A stretch of 64,000 nt of DNA from Alphaproteobacteria bacterium (lineage in GTDB: Bacteria > Pseudomonadota > Alphaproteobacteria > GM7ARS4 > G965262615). The stretch covers positions 512,001 through 576,000 of the forward strand of contig OZ253545.1 in the NCBI GenBank assembly GCA_965262615.1. The letters run 5' to 3'. The notes beneath the pieces are model-generated. The model was not told the origin of the DNA and did not search any database. It saw only the letters and a program-made list of their open reading frames with translations. A program made the position numbers and the translations under genes. Positions 41,495 through 51,262 of the stretch are shown in pieces (positions within the stretch are counted from its first letter, which is position 1; every line of letters starts with the position of its first letter).

Positions 41495-42449
41495 CGTCCA
41501 TCAAAGACTCATTGAAACAGCGTTGATAACATTCATTGAGCAGGGGGTGTTCGCTCTCATCACTGCGATTGAAAAAAGACAGGCGAAAGGCAAACGCCGT
41601 GTCGGCGAAAATATCATGATTTTTCACCCAGCTCATCACGGTGCGCGGGGACATCACGGTGGAGAGATTCCCTTTGGCAAAACTGGTGCGGGTGAGATTG
41701 GCGAGCGTCACCATGTGTGCCAACAATTGTCGTCCTTTTTGATTGTTGTGATGAGGGTAGAGTGCCAGCAAAATGGCGATTTCTTCCTCTTTTGGAAGAT
41801 AATTAAGCGTCACCACGCTGTTCCAGCGATCCAGCTGTCCCTGATTGAGCTGCTGCGTGCCGTGATACAAACCACTGCTATCGCCCAAGCCGATGGTGTT
41901 GGCGGTGGCAAACAGACGAAAAGACGGATGAGGTGTCAGCACCTGTTTTTGCTCAAGGAGCGTGAGTTTGCCATCGTGTTCCAGCACTCGTTGCAACAGA
42001 AACATCACATCGGGGCGAGCGGCATCATATTCGTCAAACACCAGAGCCATCGGGCGCGTCAGTGCCCAGGGCAAAATGCCCATAGAAAATTCCGTCACTT
42101 GTTTGTTGTCATGGAGAACGATGGCATCCTTGCCGATGAGATCCATGCGGGTGATGTGTCCATCCAAATTGATTCGCACGCAAGGCCAACGCAAGCGCGC
42201 CGCGACTTGCTCAATATGGGTGGATTTGCCCGTGCCGTGATAGCCCTGAATGAGCGTGCGTTGGTTATGAGCAAAGCCCGCACAGATGGCAAGAGTCGTT
42301 TCTCGCTGAAAGCGGTAATGAGGGTCAATGGACGGAACATGTGCCATCAATTCGGTAAAGGCAGGACACTGCATGTCGGTGTCTATGCCGAATTGCTGTC
42401 TGACCGAAATGCTGATGTCGGGCTGGGTGGTTTGTGGCTCGGCGGGCAT
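41469..42449 (-). CDS. cobS: Cobaltochelatase subunit CobS
   Basis: [42 protein letters not shown]. Confidence 0.96.
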   Translation of the reverse strand: MPAEPQTTQPDISISVRQQFGIDTDMQCPAFTELMAHVPSIDPHYRFQRETTLAICAGFAHNQRTLIQGYHGTGKSTHIEQVAARLRWPCVRINLDGHITRMDLIGKDAIVLHDNKQVTEFSMGILPWALTRPMALVFDEYDAARPDVMFLLQRVLEHDGKLTLLEQKQVLTPHPSFRLFATANTIGLGDSSGLYHGTQQLNQGQLDRWNSVVTLNYLPKEEEIAILLALYPHHNNQKGRQLLAHMVTLANLTRTSFAKGNLSTVMSPRTVMSWVKNHDIFADTAFAFRLSFFNRSDESEHPLLNECYQRCFNESLMDGGNDYAPS

Positions 42450-42452
42450 GGC

Positions 42453-42950
42453 TCACTTCCTGATTCCATAATCCACAAAGTGCAGAAGATGACGATAGGC
42501 ATCATTGATGGCACTCATGCGGCGCGCTTTTTTCTCGTCTCCGTGATTGGCATCAGGGTGATGCAGCTTCACAAGGTGACGGTAGCGTCTTTTGACATCA
42601 ATTTTTTCACAAGAGGGAGAAAGAGAAAACAGCGACAGGGCTTGGCGGGTCTTTGGCGGCAATGGCAAAGGTTCTTGGAAATCCAGAGCGTCATCAATCC
42701 TCATATACGGCGACACGCGATGCGTGCCAAAACGCCATGTGGGACGCATCCCCACCAAAGCATCCCGCTGAAAGCGTCTGATAAAGCCTTCACTGCAGCC
42801 GGCAAAATAGTTCCACTGTTTGTTATAAAGGCGCACATGTTTATAGCAGAACCAATGATAATCATGCGCGGCGCGACTCTTGGGCGCAGGATAATGAGCC
42901 TCTTCATTGCATCCCTCGTAGTCACACATGCGTGGCGGCGTTTTATTCAT
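42453..42950 (-). CDS. J-domain protein
   Basis: C...GC...APKSR...WFC..HVR.YN..WNYF and HPD motif; usual neighbour of cobS. Confidence 0.88.
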   Translation of the reverse strand: MNKTPPRMCDYEGCNEEAHYPAPKSRAAHDYHWFCYKHVRLYNKQWNYFAGCSEGFIRRFQRDALVGMRPTWRFGTHRVSPYMRIDDALDFQEPLPLPPKTRQALSLFSLSPSCEKIDVKRRYRHLVKLHHPDANHGDEKKARRMSAINDAYRHLLHFVDYGIRK

Positions 42951-42992
42951 GCCAGCTAGTATGGTGTGTGTCGCCGTCAGACGCAAGACGGC

Positions 42993-43580
42993 TTAAGGAT
43001 ACAGATGGGTGCGTTGCCACTGAGTGTGGCTGATGTCATCACGGCAAAAAAGGAGTCGCTCATGAAGGCGTCCGTCTCGTCTGTGCCAGAATTCCATGCT
43101 GAGAGGTTCAAGACGAAAGCCGCTCCAGTGGTCAGGGCGAGGCACATCATGTCCGTGAAATTTTTTTTGCATGTGCTGCAATCGCCTCTCCAGTGTGGCG
43201 GGCGCATCAAGGGGTGCCGATTGCTTTGATGCCCACGCCCCCAACTGACTCAAACGATGACGGCTGGCAAAATAAGCGTTGGCTTCCTCAGAATCAACAG
43301 GCTTGACAGTGCCCTCCATGCGAATTTGCACATCAAGAGGATGCCAATAACAACACAAAGCCGCTTGGGGATTGTGAGCAATGTCTTGCGCCTTGCGGCT
43401 GGCAAGATTGGTGTAGAAGACAAAGCCGCGCCCATCCATTTGTTTGAGCAAAATCATGCGCACCGAGACTTTGCCGTGAGCATCACTGGTGGCAAGGGCG
43501 GCGGCGGTGGCATCCATGCCCTCTTGCTTTTGAGCTTGGGCAAAATAGTGAGCAAAGAGAGCAAAGGGGTCGGTGGTCAT
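42993..43580 (-). CDS. pdxH: Pyridoxamine 5'-phosphate oxidase
   Basis: R.ILLK, FYTN..SRK, SQLGAWAS.QS, EFW....RLHER. Confidence 0.95.
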   Translation of the reverse strand: MTTDPFALFAHYFAQAQKQEGMDATAAALATSDAHGKVSVRMILLKQMDGRGFVFYTNLASRKAQDIAHNPQAALCCYWHPLDVQIRMEGTVKPVDSEEANAYFASRHRLSQLGAWASKQSAPLDAPATLERRLQHMQKKFHGHDVPRPDHWSGFRLEPLSMEFWHRRDGRLHERLLFCRDDISHTQWQRTHLYP

Positions 43581-43581
43581 G

Positions 43582-44547
43582 TCACCAGCGCACCAAAGCC
43601 GCCCCCCATGTCAAGCCGCCGCCGATGGCATTGAGCAGCAACACATCGCCCTTGTGCAAGCGTCCTTCTTCTTGCCACAGTGCCAACGCCAGAGGAATGG
43701 ATGCCGATGAGGTATTGGCATGACGATCCACTGTCACCACAAGCTTTTGGCGATCAATGGACAATTGGTCTGCCACCTTATCCATGATGCGCTTGTTGGC
43801 TTGATGGGGAATGAGCCAGGTCACCTCATCAGCGTCACGAGAGGCATCGCGCAGCACCTGCTGGCTGGATTGAGTCAGATAGGTGACCGCTTTGCGATAA
43901 ATCTCCTTGCCGTTCATGCACAGATGTCCTGCTTGTCCAGTGGTGGAGGGACCGCCATTCACATACAGGGCATCATAGTCGCCGCCGTCACTATAGAGAC
44001 GAATGCGTTCTATTCCCGCATCCCCATTGGTTTTCTCCAGCACCGCTGCGCCCGCACCATCACCGAACAGGACGGCGGTGCTGCGATCATTCCAATTCAG
44101 AATACGGCTATAGCTTTCTGCGCCAATGACCAACGCGCGCTCTATGGAAGGCATGGCGGGATTTTTCATCATGGAATCGGCAACCGCCAAACCATAGAGA
44201 AAGCCCGAACAAACCGCTTGCACATCAAAAGCAAACGCCGAGCTGCCCAGACGATGCTGCACCTTTGTCGCTGTCGCGGGAAAGGTGTTGTCAGGCGTGG
44301 AGGTCGCCACAATGATGGCATCAATGTCACTGCCTGTGAGGGATGCTCGTTGCAGAGCTTGCATCGCTGCATGATATGCCATGTCTGAGGTGTATTCGTC
44401 ATCGGCGGCGATGTGACGCTGGCGGATGCCACTGCGATCTCGAATCCATTGGTCGTTGGTGTCCATGATGGCACTGAGGTCATCATTGGTCATGATGCGC
44501 TTGGGCACATAGGAGCCGCACGCAACCATGCGGATTGCCACAGTCAT
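43582..44547 (-). CDS. fabH: Beta-ketoacyl-ACP synthase III
   Basis: AVCSGF, LFGDGAGA, PHQAN.RI, NTS.ASIP, GGGLTWG. Confidence 0.97.
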   Translation of the reverse strand: MTVAIRMVACGSYVPKRIMTNDDLSAIMDTNDQWIRDRSGIRQRHIAADDEYTSDMAYHAAMQALQRASLTGSDIDAIIVATSTPDNTFPATATKVQHRLGSSAFAFDVQAVCSGFLYGLAVADSMMKNPAMPSIERALVIGAESYSRILNWNDRSTAVLFGDGAGAAVLEKTNGDAGIERIRLYSDGGDYDALYVNGGPSTTGQAGHLCMNGKEIYRKAVTYLTQSSQQVLRDASRDADEVTWLIPHQANKRIMDKVADQLSIDRQKLVVTVDRHANTSSASIPLALALWQEEGRLHKGDVLLLNAIGGGLTWGAALVRW

Positions 44548-45563
44548 GATGCCGAACTCACAAAGGCTTGCTTGACATGATGATTGAAATCATAATGCAC
44601 CAAATCAAGAGCCTCTTCCACCGCATGGGCAAATCCAAAGCCATCGGTGCCGCCATGACTTTTGACCGCCACGCCTTCCAATCCCAGCAACATCGCGCCG
44701 TTGTAGGTGCGCGGGTCAATGCGCATGAACATGTGTTTCAGCTCAGTTTTTGCCAAAGCAAAGCCCACCCGTGCAAAAATTGAACTGTGCGCTGCGCGTC
44801 TGAGAAATTCGGCAAAAAATTGGGCGAATCCTTCAATGGTTTTGAGGGTCACATTGCCCACAAAGCCATCGCAGATGATGACATCGGCTCCGCCTTTGGC
44901 AATATCATCCCCTTCGCAAAAGCCTCCAAAGGTGATGTTTTTTTGTTTGGCAAGCCGTTGCGCCGCTTCGCGAACGGCTTGATTGCCCTTGTCGGGCTCA
45001 CTGCCAATGCTGAGAAGTTTCACCAGAGGCTTTTGAATTCCCAAAACGACTCGGGCGAATATTTGTCCCAAAAGGGCAAATTGAACCAATTGATGAGGGG
45101 AGCAATCCACATTTGCGCCCAGATCTAACAGCAGGGTTTCACTCTTGAGATTAGGGATAAAGGTGGCAATGGCGGGTCTTTCAATGGATGGCAGCGGACG
45201 CAAAATCATTTTTGCCAATGCCATGAATGCACCCGTGTTTCCTGCGGACACGCAAGCATCCGCCTCGCCGTTTTTGACGCTCTCCAGTGCCGTGCGCATG
45301 CTGCTCTGGCGACTTTGGCGCAGAGCCACTCTGACATCATCCTCCGCACGGATGACATCATTGCAATGAATCACGCGACTTTGCTGTGCCAGCTGGGGGT
45401 AATGCTTGATCAGAGGTGACACCTTGCTTTTTTTGCCGTAGATGCGAAATTGGATATCAGGATAGCGTTGCACAATGCGATGTGCGCCCTCAATCACAAT
45501 AGCGGGAGCGCGATCACCGCCCATGGCATCAAGGCTGATAATGGCGTTTTTTTTATCAATCAT
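44544..45563 (-). CDS. plsX: Phosphate acyltransferase PlsX
   Basis: LDAMGGD.AP, SAGNTGA, LD.GAN, DGFVGNV.LK, KSHG. Confidence 0.96.
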   Translation of the reverse strand: MIDKKNAIISLDAMGGDRAPAIVIEGAHRIVQRYPDIQFRIYGKKSKVSPLIKHYPQLAQQSRVIHCNDVIRAEDDVRVALRQSRQSSMRTALESVKNGEADACVSAGNTGAFMALAKMILRPLPSIERPAIATFIPNLKSETLLLDLGANVDCSPHQLVQFALLGQIFARVVLGIQKPLVKLLSIGSEPDKGNQAVREAAQRLAKQKNITFGGFCEGDDIAKGGADVIICDGFVGNVTLKTIEGFAQFFAEFLRRAAHSSIFARVGFALAKTELKHMFMRIDPRTYNGAMLLGLEGVAVKSHGGTDGFGFAHAVEEALDLVHYDFNHHVKQAFVSSAS

Positions 45564-45762
45564 GTGGCGGCGTCTGCGAGTCATCCTTCGCAACAACGAT
45601 GGCACTGCGTCCATGATAGAAACCGCATTCATTGCAGATATGGTGCGGCTGTTTGATCGCACCACACTCAGGACAAATCACGCCCAGCTGAGGGGTGAGG
45701 CGATCGTGGGCACGACGCATATTGCGCTTAGAAGGCGTTGTTTTGCGCTTGGGCACTGCCAT
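45556..45762 (-). CDS. rpmF: 50S ribosomal protein L32
   Basis: MAVPKRKTTPSKRNMRRAH...CPECG...HHIC..CG.Y. Confidence 0.97.
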   Translation of the reverse strand: MAVPKRKTTPSKRNMRRAHDRLTPQLGVICPECGAIKQPHHICNECGFYHGRSAIVVAKDDSQTPPHD

Positions 45763-45810
45763 GACTCGCCCACCTTACAATCAATCCGTGTTATTGACAA
45801 GAGAGACGCA

Positions 45811-47022
45811 TCACGAAAGCTTAAAAGCATCATGAAGAGCTCGCACAGCCGTGGTAAGAGCGGATTCTTTGATGAGAATGCTGATTTTAATCTCCGAGGT
45901 GGAGATGACCTCAATATTGATTTTGTGCATCGCCAAGGTTTGAAACATGAGCGCGGCAACACCCGCATGTTCACGCATGCCCACACCAACAATGGAGCAT
46001 TGTGCGAGTTCCTCATCACAGAGCAATTGGTCGTATCCCAGTGATTGTTTTTTGTCTTGCAGCAATTGGGTGGCATTTTTGACCTCTTTTTTGTCAATGG
46101 TGAAGGTGATGTCGGTTTTTTTCGTTCCTGCGGCGATGTTTTGCACGATCATATCAACGGAGATGCGTGCGGCAAGGAGGGTTTGAAACACATCGGCGGC
46201 GACACCGGGGCGGTCGTCAAGTTTGGTGAGGGTGATTTTTGCCACATCGGTGCGATGGGTCACGGCGGTGACTTCGGCTTTTTCTAGGATTTGCTCTTCG
46301 TCTTTAATCACCGTTCCATCCTCTTGGGTCAGACTGGAACGGATAACTAACGCCATTTTGCGTCCCATAGCAAGAGCCGATGCCCGTGCGTGTAGCACGC
46401 GCGAACCTGAGGATGCCATCTCCAGCATTTCTTCGTAGCTGATGGTGTCATGCTTGCGGGCGCGTGGAATGAGGCGGGGGTCGGCGCTATAGACTCCGTT
46501 GACATCGGTATAGATTTCGCACGAATCGGCTTTGAGGGCGATGGCAAGGGCGACCGCAGTGGTGTCAGAGCCGCCTCGTCCCAGTGTGGTGATGCGATTG
46601 TCTTGGGTGACACCTTGAAATCCCGCCACCACCGCAACGCCGTCTTCTCGCCACACAGACTCAATAGCCCCCGTTTGCACATCAACAACGCGCGCCGAGC
46701 CATGATGGAAATCCGTCACGATGGGCAATTGCCAACCGCAAAAGCCGCGCGCAGGAACATTCAATGTTCGCAGTGCCGCCACCAACAGAGCCACACTCAC
46801 CTGTTCGCCACTTGCCAGAAGCATATCATGACTCTCATCGCGCGCATCTGAGATGGCGTGATACAGCGATGCCAAGCGGCTGGTCTCATCTCCCATTGCC
46901 GATACCACCACCGCCAGACGCGACCCTTGGCTGTGGTAATCTTTGATGCGCTGTGCCACATTGCCAATGCGCGTCTCGTCTTGCAGCGATGTGCCGCCAA
47001 ATTTTTGGACGATTTTCATCAT
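45811..47022 (-). CDS. lysC: Aspartate kinase
   Basis: VQKFGGTS, TTLGRGGSDTTA, YTDV.GV, ACT domains, ISTSEIKIS. Confidence 0.96.
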   Translation of the reverse strand: MMKIVQKFGGTSLQDETRIGNVAQRIKDYHSQGSRLAVVVSAMGDETSRLASLYHAISDARDESHDMLLASGEQVSVALLVAALRTLNVPARGFCGWQLPIVTDFHHGSARVVDVQTGAIESVWREDGVAVVAGFQGVTQDNRITTLGRGGSDTTAVALAIALKADSCEIYTDVNGVYSADPRLIPRARKHDTISYEEMLEMASSGSRVLHARASALAMGRKMALVIRSSLTQEDGTVIKDEEQILEKAEVTAVTHRTDVAKITLTKLDDRPGVAADVFQTLLAARISVDMIVQNIAAGTKKTDITFTIDKKEVKNATQLLQDKKQSLGYDQLLCDEELAQCSIVGVGMREHAGVAALMFQTLAMHKINIEVISTSEIKISILIKESALTTAVRALHDAFKLS

Positions 47023-47049
47023 GACAGCTCTATACCTATCTTAACCATT

Positions 47050-47730
47050 ATGAACAAGACAAGTCATCCCCTTGATGAATGGCACATGCTGCGTGAGATG
47101 AATGAGACGCGCCTGACATTCATCAAAGAGCAGTTGCGGACCCAAGAGAGTGAGAAACCGTTGGCGGGTAAGCAAGTTTTGGATGTGGGGTGTGGCATTG
47201 GTATTCTCACTGAGCCTTTGGCGCGCTGGGGCGGCACGGTGGTGGGCATTGATGCCGATGGCGACCGCATCAAAACCGCTCAAAACAATGCCGAGACCAT
47301 GAATCTCACCATATCCTATGAGCATCAATCCCTTGCTCGCCACGCACAAGACAAGCCGCAAAAATATGACCTCATCACCGCACTGGAAGTGGTGGAGCAT
47401 GTGGACAATGTGGGCGAATTTTTGACGCAATTGCACGGCTTGTTACGAGACGATGGATTGGTCATCATCTCTACCATCAATCGCACGCTGCTTTCCTACG
47501 GGGTGGCGATTGTGGGGGCGGAATATATCAGTGGCATTATTCCTCGTGGCACTCATCAATGGCATCGGTTCATCACCCCGCGAGAATTGGATGATGGTCT
47601 GCGCGTTGCTGGATTCATCCGCACGGCGCGATGCGGGATGATGTTTCATCCATTGCGGCGGCGATTTGAACCGCATCGGTCTCGTCTGGAAATCAATTAC
47701 ATTGTGGCGGCAGCAAAATCTCGCCGATGA
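47050..47730 (+). CDS. ubiG: Ubiquinone biosynthesis O-methyltransferase (short N-terminus)
   Basis: LDVGCG.G.L.E.LAR.G, EV.EHV, STINRT, GAEY..G..P.GTH; divergent from lysC as usual. Confidence 0.9.
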   Translation: MNKTSHPLDEWHMLREMNETRLTFIKEQLRTQESEKPLAGKQVLDVGCGIGILTEPLARWGGTVVGIDADGDRIKTAQNNAETMNLTISYEHQSLARHAQDKPQKYDLITALEVVEHVDNVGEFLTQLHGLLRDDGLVIISTINRTLLSYGVAIVGAEYISGIIPRGTHQWHRFITPRELDDGLRVAGFIRTARCGMMFHPLRRRFEPHRSRLEINYIVAAAKSRR

Positions 47731-48081
47731 TTCAGCACCGGCACGCGCGCCAAAGCCTCTTATTGATGGATTGGTCATCATTTCCACCATCAATCGCACG
47801 CTGCTTTCCTACGGGGTGGCGATTGTGGGAGCGGAATATATCAGTGGCATTATTCCTCGTGGCACTCATCAATGGCATCGGTTCATCACCCCGCGAGAAT
47901 TGGATGATGGTTTGCGTGCGGCTGGTCTCGTACGGACGGCACGGTGTGGGATGGTGTTATTCCTCGTGGCACTCATCAATGGCATCGGTTCATCACGCCG
48001 CAGGAATTGGATGATGTTTCATCTATTGCGGCAGCAAAATCCCGCCGATGATTCAGCACCGGCACGCGCGCCAAAGCCTCT
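47452..48081 (+). repeat. Imperfect tandem duplication of the ubiG/nitrilase convergent junction
   Basis: 47765-47958 repeats 47452-47645; 47959-48016 is a third copy of 47539-47596; 48044-48081 repeats 47723-47760. Confidence 0.95.
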
Positions 48082-48854
48082 TGTTGTTTGTGGGGGTCAA
48101 TGGAGGCGGTGATGACTCCCACATCCTCTCCTGCCGAGCTGCAACAGTCTCCCCACGGGTCAATAATCATGGAATGTCCCCAGGTGGTGCGTCCGCCGTC
48201 ATGGGTGCCGCATTGGGCACTGGCAAGAATGTAACAGGCATTTTCAATGGCACGAGCTTTGAGAAGACAGTGCCAGTGAGCCTCGCCAGTGGGGCGCGTG
48301 AAGGCGGCAGGAACGGTGATCATCAACACGCCACATGCCGATAATGATTGAAACAACGCAGGAAAACGCACATCATAACAAATGGTCAAACCGATGCCGT
48401 GTCCCTGATGAGATGCCACCACCGCTCGGCGACCCGCCTCATAAAAATCCGATTCGGCGTGGTGTTCGCTGGCACTGACGCAGGCATCAAAGAGGTGAAT
48501 TTTGTCATAGTGGTGGGTGATGCCCTTGTCATTAATCACATAACAGCGATTGGTGGGTTTTTTTGCCCCCTTTGTCCTCACAATCAATGAGCCGATGACG
48601 AGCGTCACTTGATGCTCGGCGGCGAGCTGCGTCAAGCGTCCAAGCGCGGGATGATTGTCTTCATCATGAATGAGGCTCGCGCGCCGCGCGGCACTGTTTT
48701 TGCCATAGACGATGCCACTGGTGTTTTCAGGGGTGACAATCAATGTCGCGCCTTGTGCAATGGCTTGGCGAATGAGTTCAATGGCTTGGTCAATGCTCTC
48801 ATTCAATACGGGCGGCGCATTCATCTGCACACAGGCGGCGATAAAGGCACTCAT
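47976..48854 (-). CDS. Carbon-nitrogen hydrolase (Nit1-like)
   Basis: TPE, YDKIHLFD, ICYD.RFP, PAAFT..TG.AHW..L..RAIEN. Confidence 0.94.
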   Translation of the reverse strand: MSAFIAACVQMNAPPVLNESIDQAIELIRQAIAQGATLIVTPENTSGIVYGKNSAARRASLIHDEDNHPALGRLTQLAAEHQVTLVIGSLIVRTKGAKKPTNRCYVINDKGITHHYDKIHLFDACVSASEHHAESDFYEAGRRAVVASHQGHGIGLTICYDVRFPALFQSLSACGVLMITVPAAFTRPTGEAHWHCLLKARAIENACYILASAQCGTHDGGRTTWGHSMIIDPWGDCCSSAGEDVGVITASIDPHKQQEALARVPVLNHRRDFAAAIDETSSNSCGVMNRCH

Positions 48855-49126
48855 GAGACTGCCGATGTTCCCAGACGCTGTGCCAGAGAGCCATCATGGT
48901 GCATGGCGTCCAGCTCATCATAGCCGCCGATGGGTTCTTGATTGATAAAAATTTGCGGCACGGTGGTGGCATGAGGCACGCGCTCATGCATGGCTTTTTT
49001 GTGTTGGTGTGACTCAATGACATTTAACTTGTCGTAAGGCACATCATAGCTGTCCAGCAACGCCAATGCTCGCACACAATAGCTGCACAGAGGCGAATAA
49101 TAAATTTCAATGTGAGGAGAATTCAT
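48851..49126 (-). CDS. grxC: Glutaredoxin 3
   Basis: CSYC, TVPQIFI, IGGYDEL. Confidence 0.92.
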   Translation of the reverse strand: MNSPHIEIYYSPLCSYCVRALALLDSYDVPYDKLNVIESHQHKKAMHERVPHATTVPQIFINQEPIGGYDELDAMHHDGSLAQRLGTSAVS

Positions 49127-49845
49127 TGGTGCGGCACGATGGCAAGGGTGAGGGCAAAGATGGTGGCATCGGGCGCGGCTTTGCGGAGCACTCCACAGGC
49201 AGCTCGCATGGTTGCGCCACTGGTGAGGACATCATCCACCACCAGCAACGGACGCTCATGAAGAAGATGGCGGCGTTTATTGTTGACCACAAACGCCCGA
49301 CTGACATTGGCAATGCGTTCCGTCAGCGACAGCCGACTTTGCCGCAATGTCGCAGTGCTTCGTTTGAGCATATCGGCACAAAAGGGAAGATGGCTCATCG
49401 CCGCCAAGTGACGACCCAATTCGGCTGCCTGATTATAGCGGCGACTCACAAGCCGCCGCCAATGCAATGGCATGGGAATAATCAAAGGCTTGGCATCCAG
49501 AATGTCGTAGGCGGCGTGCATCATCCAACGGGCGAACAGGGATGCGTTTTCTATATGGTCTCCATACTTAAAACGCAAGACTAAAGTGCGTCCCACATCC
49601 TTGAAAATGAGTGCGCTGCGCGCCTTGTTCCACGGCGGCGGATTTTCAAAACATGCCGCACATTGCAATGAATTCTCTGTCGCCGCCAACAAAGGCATAC
49701 CGCAGCAATCACAATAGGGACGAGACACAAAATGCAATTGCCGCCAGCAGTGCGGATGCAAAACCGAATCCAACGCCAAGGGCTCAAAACAAGCAGGACA
49801 CAAGGAGGGCAAAAGCAGCTCAAACAGACGGGAAGCAGAAGGCAT
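49123..49845 (-). CDS. comF: ComF family protein
   Basis: Cys-rich N-terminus, P.PLH..R...R.YNQA, VDDVLTSGAT. Start could be 49878. Confidence 0.9.
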   Translation of the reverse strand: MPSASRLFELLLPSLCPACFEPLALDSVLHPHCWRQLHFVSRPYCDCCGMPLLAATENSLQCAACFENPPPWNKARSALIFKDVGRTLVLRFKYGDHIENASLFARWMMHAAYDILDAKPLIIPMPLHWRRLVSRRYNQAAELGRHLAAMSHLPFCADMLKRSTATLRQSRLSLTERIANVSRAFVVNNKRRHLLHERPLLVVDDVLTSGATMRAACGVLRKAAPDATIFALTLAIVPHQ

Positions 49846-49883
49846 GATGGCATCGTGAGCGGGTTTCGTGTTATTCATCTTTT

Positions 49884-50669
49884 ATGACATCTGCCGTTTT
49901 TCATCAAGAACGCCGTGGGCGATTGCGTCTGCGTCATGGAGAATGCTGGCTGGATTACAATGAACCCAAACGGCAGCTGGCGGCTCATCTGGCAGCCATT
50001 GTCAGGGAGAGTCACACCTCGTTTGAACGCCTGCTGGATTTAGGCTGTCATCATGGCGAAATGACGGAGGCTTTGCGCGCGGCGGGCATCACGCTGAATG
50101 ATGTGATTTTTATGGATGGCTGTCTGCTGAAGCCTCATGGACGCGAGGTTGTCTGTGATGACCATGTCATTCCACTGGTGCATGATTGTTGTGATGGGGT
50201 GATGAGCGTTTTGCATCTGCACAGTGTCTCTGCCATCGGCAGTGTGTTGCGAGAGATTGCGCGCGTTTTGTGCTCGGGGGGATTGTTTATGGGCACGGTG
50301 TTTGGCGACCATCACCTGCGAGAGTGGCGATTGGCTTTGTTGGAGGCGGAGGCTGAACTGACGGGCGGCGCGCATGGGCGAGTCATGCCGTTTATTTCTT
50401 TGCAAGATGGTGGATTGTTGGTGCAGCAGGCGGGTTTGTGTCATGGCACGGCGGAGTTTGAGCGCATGACGCTGTATGAGCCAAGCGTGGCACTGTTTAT
50501 AAAGTGCATGAGAGCAATGGGCGAGAGTTCGTGTCTGCGCGACACCCCTCCTGCTTTGCGGCGGTCGGTGTGGCAACGGGCTGTGGCGTTGTATGACGAA
50601 CGCTATCGCACCCCTCACGGGGTGGCGGTGAACATTGAGGTCATCACCTTGCGCGGGTTTGGCAGATAA
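49884..50669 (+). CDS. SAM-dependent methyltransferase (BioC/NDUFAF5-like)
   Basis: LDLGCHHG, AEAELTGGA..RV.PF, LR.MGE-like motif; divergent from comF as in Alphaproteobacteria. Confidence 0.85.
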   Translation: MTSAVFHQERRGRLRLRHGECWLDYNEPKRQLAAHLAAIVRESHTSFERLLDLGCHHGEMTEALRAAGITLNDVIFMDGCLLKPHGREVVCDDHVIPLVHDCCDGVMSVLHLHSVSAIGSVLREIARVLCSGGLFMGTVFGDHHLREWRLALLEAEAELTGGAHGRVMPFISLQDGGLLVQQAGLCHGTAEFERMTLYEPSVALFIKCMRAMGESSCLRDTPPALRRSVWQRAVALYDERYRTPHGVAVNIEVITLRGFGR

Positions 50670-50712
50670 AAGCTTGACAAGAGCTCAAAGCAACATATCT
50701 AGGTGCAGTGGA

Positions 50713-50748
50713 ATACTCAATTGGATACCCAATTGGACACTCAATTGG
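50713..50748 (+). repeat. 3 x 12-bp tandem repeat A(T/C)AC(T/C)CAATTGG
   Basis: ATACTCAATTGG ATACCCAATTGG ACACTCAATTGG immediately upstream of the holin-like ORF. Confidence 0.85.
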
Positions 50749-50758
50749 AGACTAAAGA

Positions 50759-51154
50759 ATGATATGGTCAGCCATAGGAGCGAGCATTGAGGGGATGATC
50801 ACCGCGACCGATCATCTCTTGACCTCAAGTGAAAATAAAGCGGCTATCCAAAAAGCTCTCAATGAGGGCAATGCTGAAATCATGACGGCTCTTTCGCAGG
50901 AGCGCAGGGACTCCATCGCTTTTGCTCTTGAAACGGCAAAGAGTGTGAATCCGTTTGTTGCGGGGGCTCGTCCTGTGATGATGTGGTGCGTGACGCTTTT
51001 GTTCTCGGCGTTTTGCACGGTGGCGTTGCTCAGTTCCATTGGTGTGATTGCCATCACCAATCAGACACTGTTTGGGAGCATGTTTGAAACCATCAGCGTT
51101 CTTGCGTTCGGTCTTTATGGTGTGCGAGCCATAGAGAGACGAAAAAAATCCTGA
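50759..51154 (+). CDS. Holin-like membrane protein (3TM/GTA-holin type)
   Basis: D.L.TS.E.K...S.N.FVAGARP..MW, two TM helices, C-terminal GLYG.R..E.RK. Confidence 0.7.
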   Translation: MIWSAIGASIEGMITATDHLLTSSENKAAIQKALNEGNAEIMTALSQERRDSIAFALETAKSVNPFVAGARPVMMWCVTLLFSAFCTVALLSSIGVIAITNQTLFGSMFETISVLAFGLYGVRAIERRKKS

Positions 51155-51164
51155 AGTGGGCGAG

Positions 51165-51235
51165 CTGGGGCGGCAGGATTCGAACCTGCGATCACGGGAT
51201 CAAAACCCGCTGCCTTACCGCTTGGCTACGCCCCA
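51165..51235 (-). tRNA. tRNA-Gln(TTG)
   Basis: TGGGGCGTAGCCAAGCGGTAAGGC-GCGGG-TTTTGAT-CCCGT...GGTTCGAATCC...CGCCCCAG; CCA not encoded. Confidence 0.95.
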
Positions 51236-51262
51236 CTGATTCTCACAGATTTCTATGGGAGC

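Noticed and set aside
41442-42959. 505-aa plus-strand ORF
   Set aside because: Antisense shadow of cobS and the J-domain gene; no recognisable motifs.
47452-48081. Diversity-generating retroelement TR/VR pair
   Set aside because: Mismatches are not adenine-specific and there is no reverse transcriptase in the window.
50689-50706. NrdR box upstream of the holin-like gene
   Set aside because: Single site with mismatches at conserved positions and no partner box.
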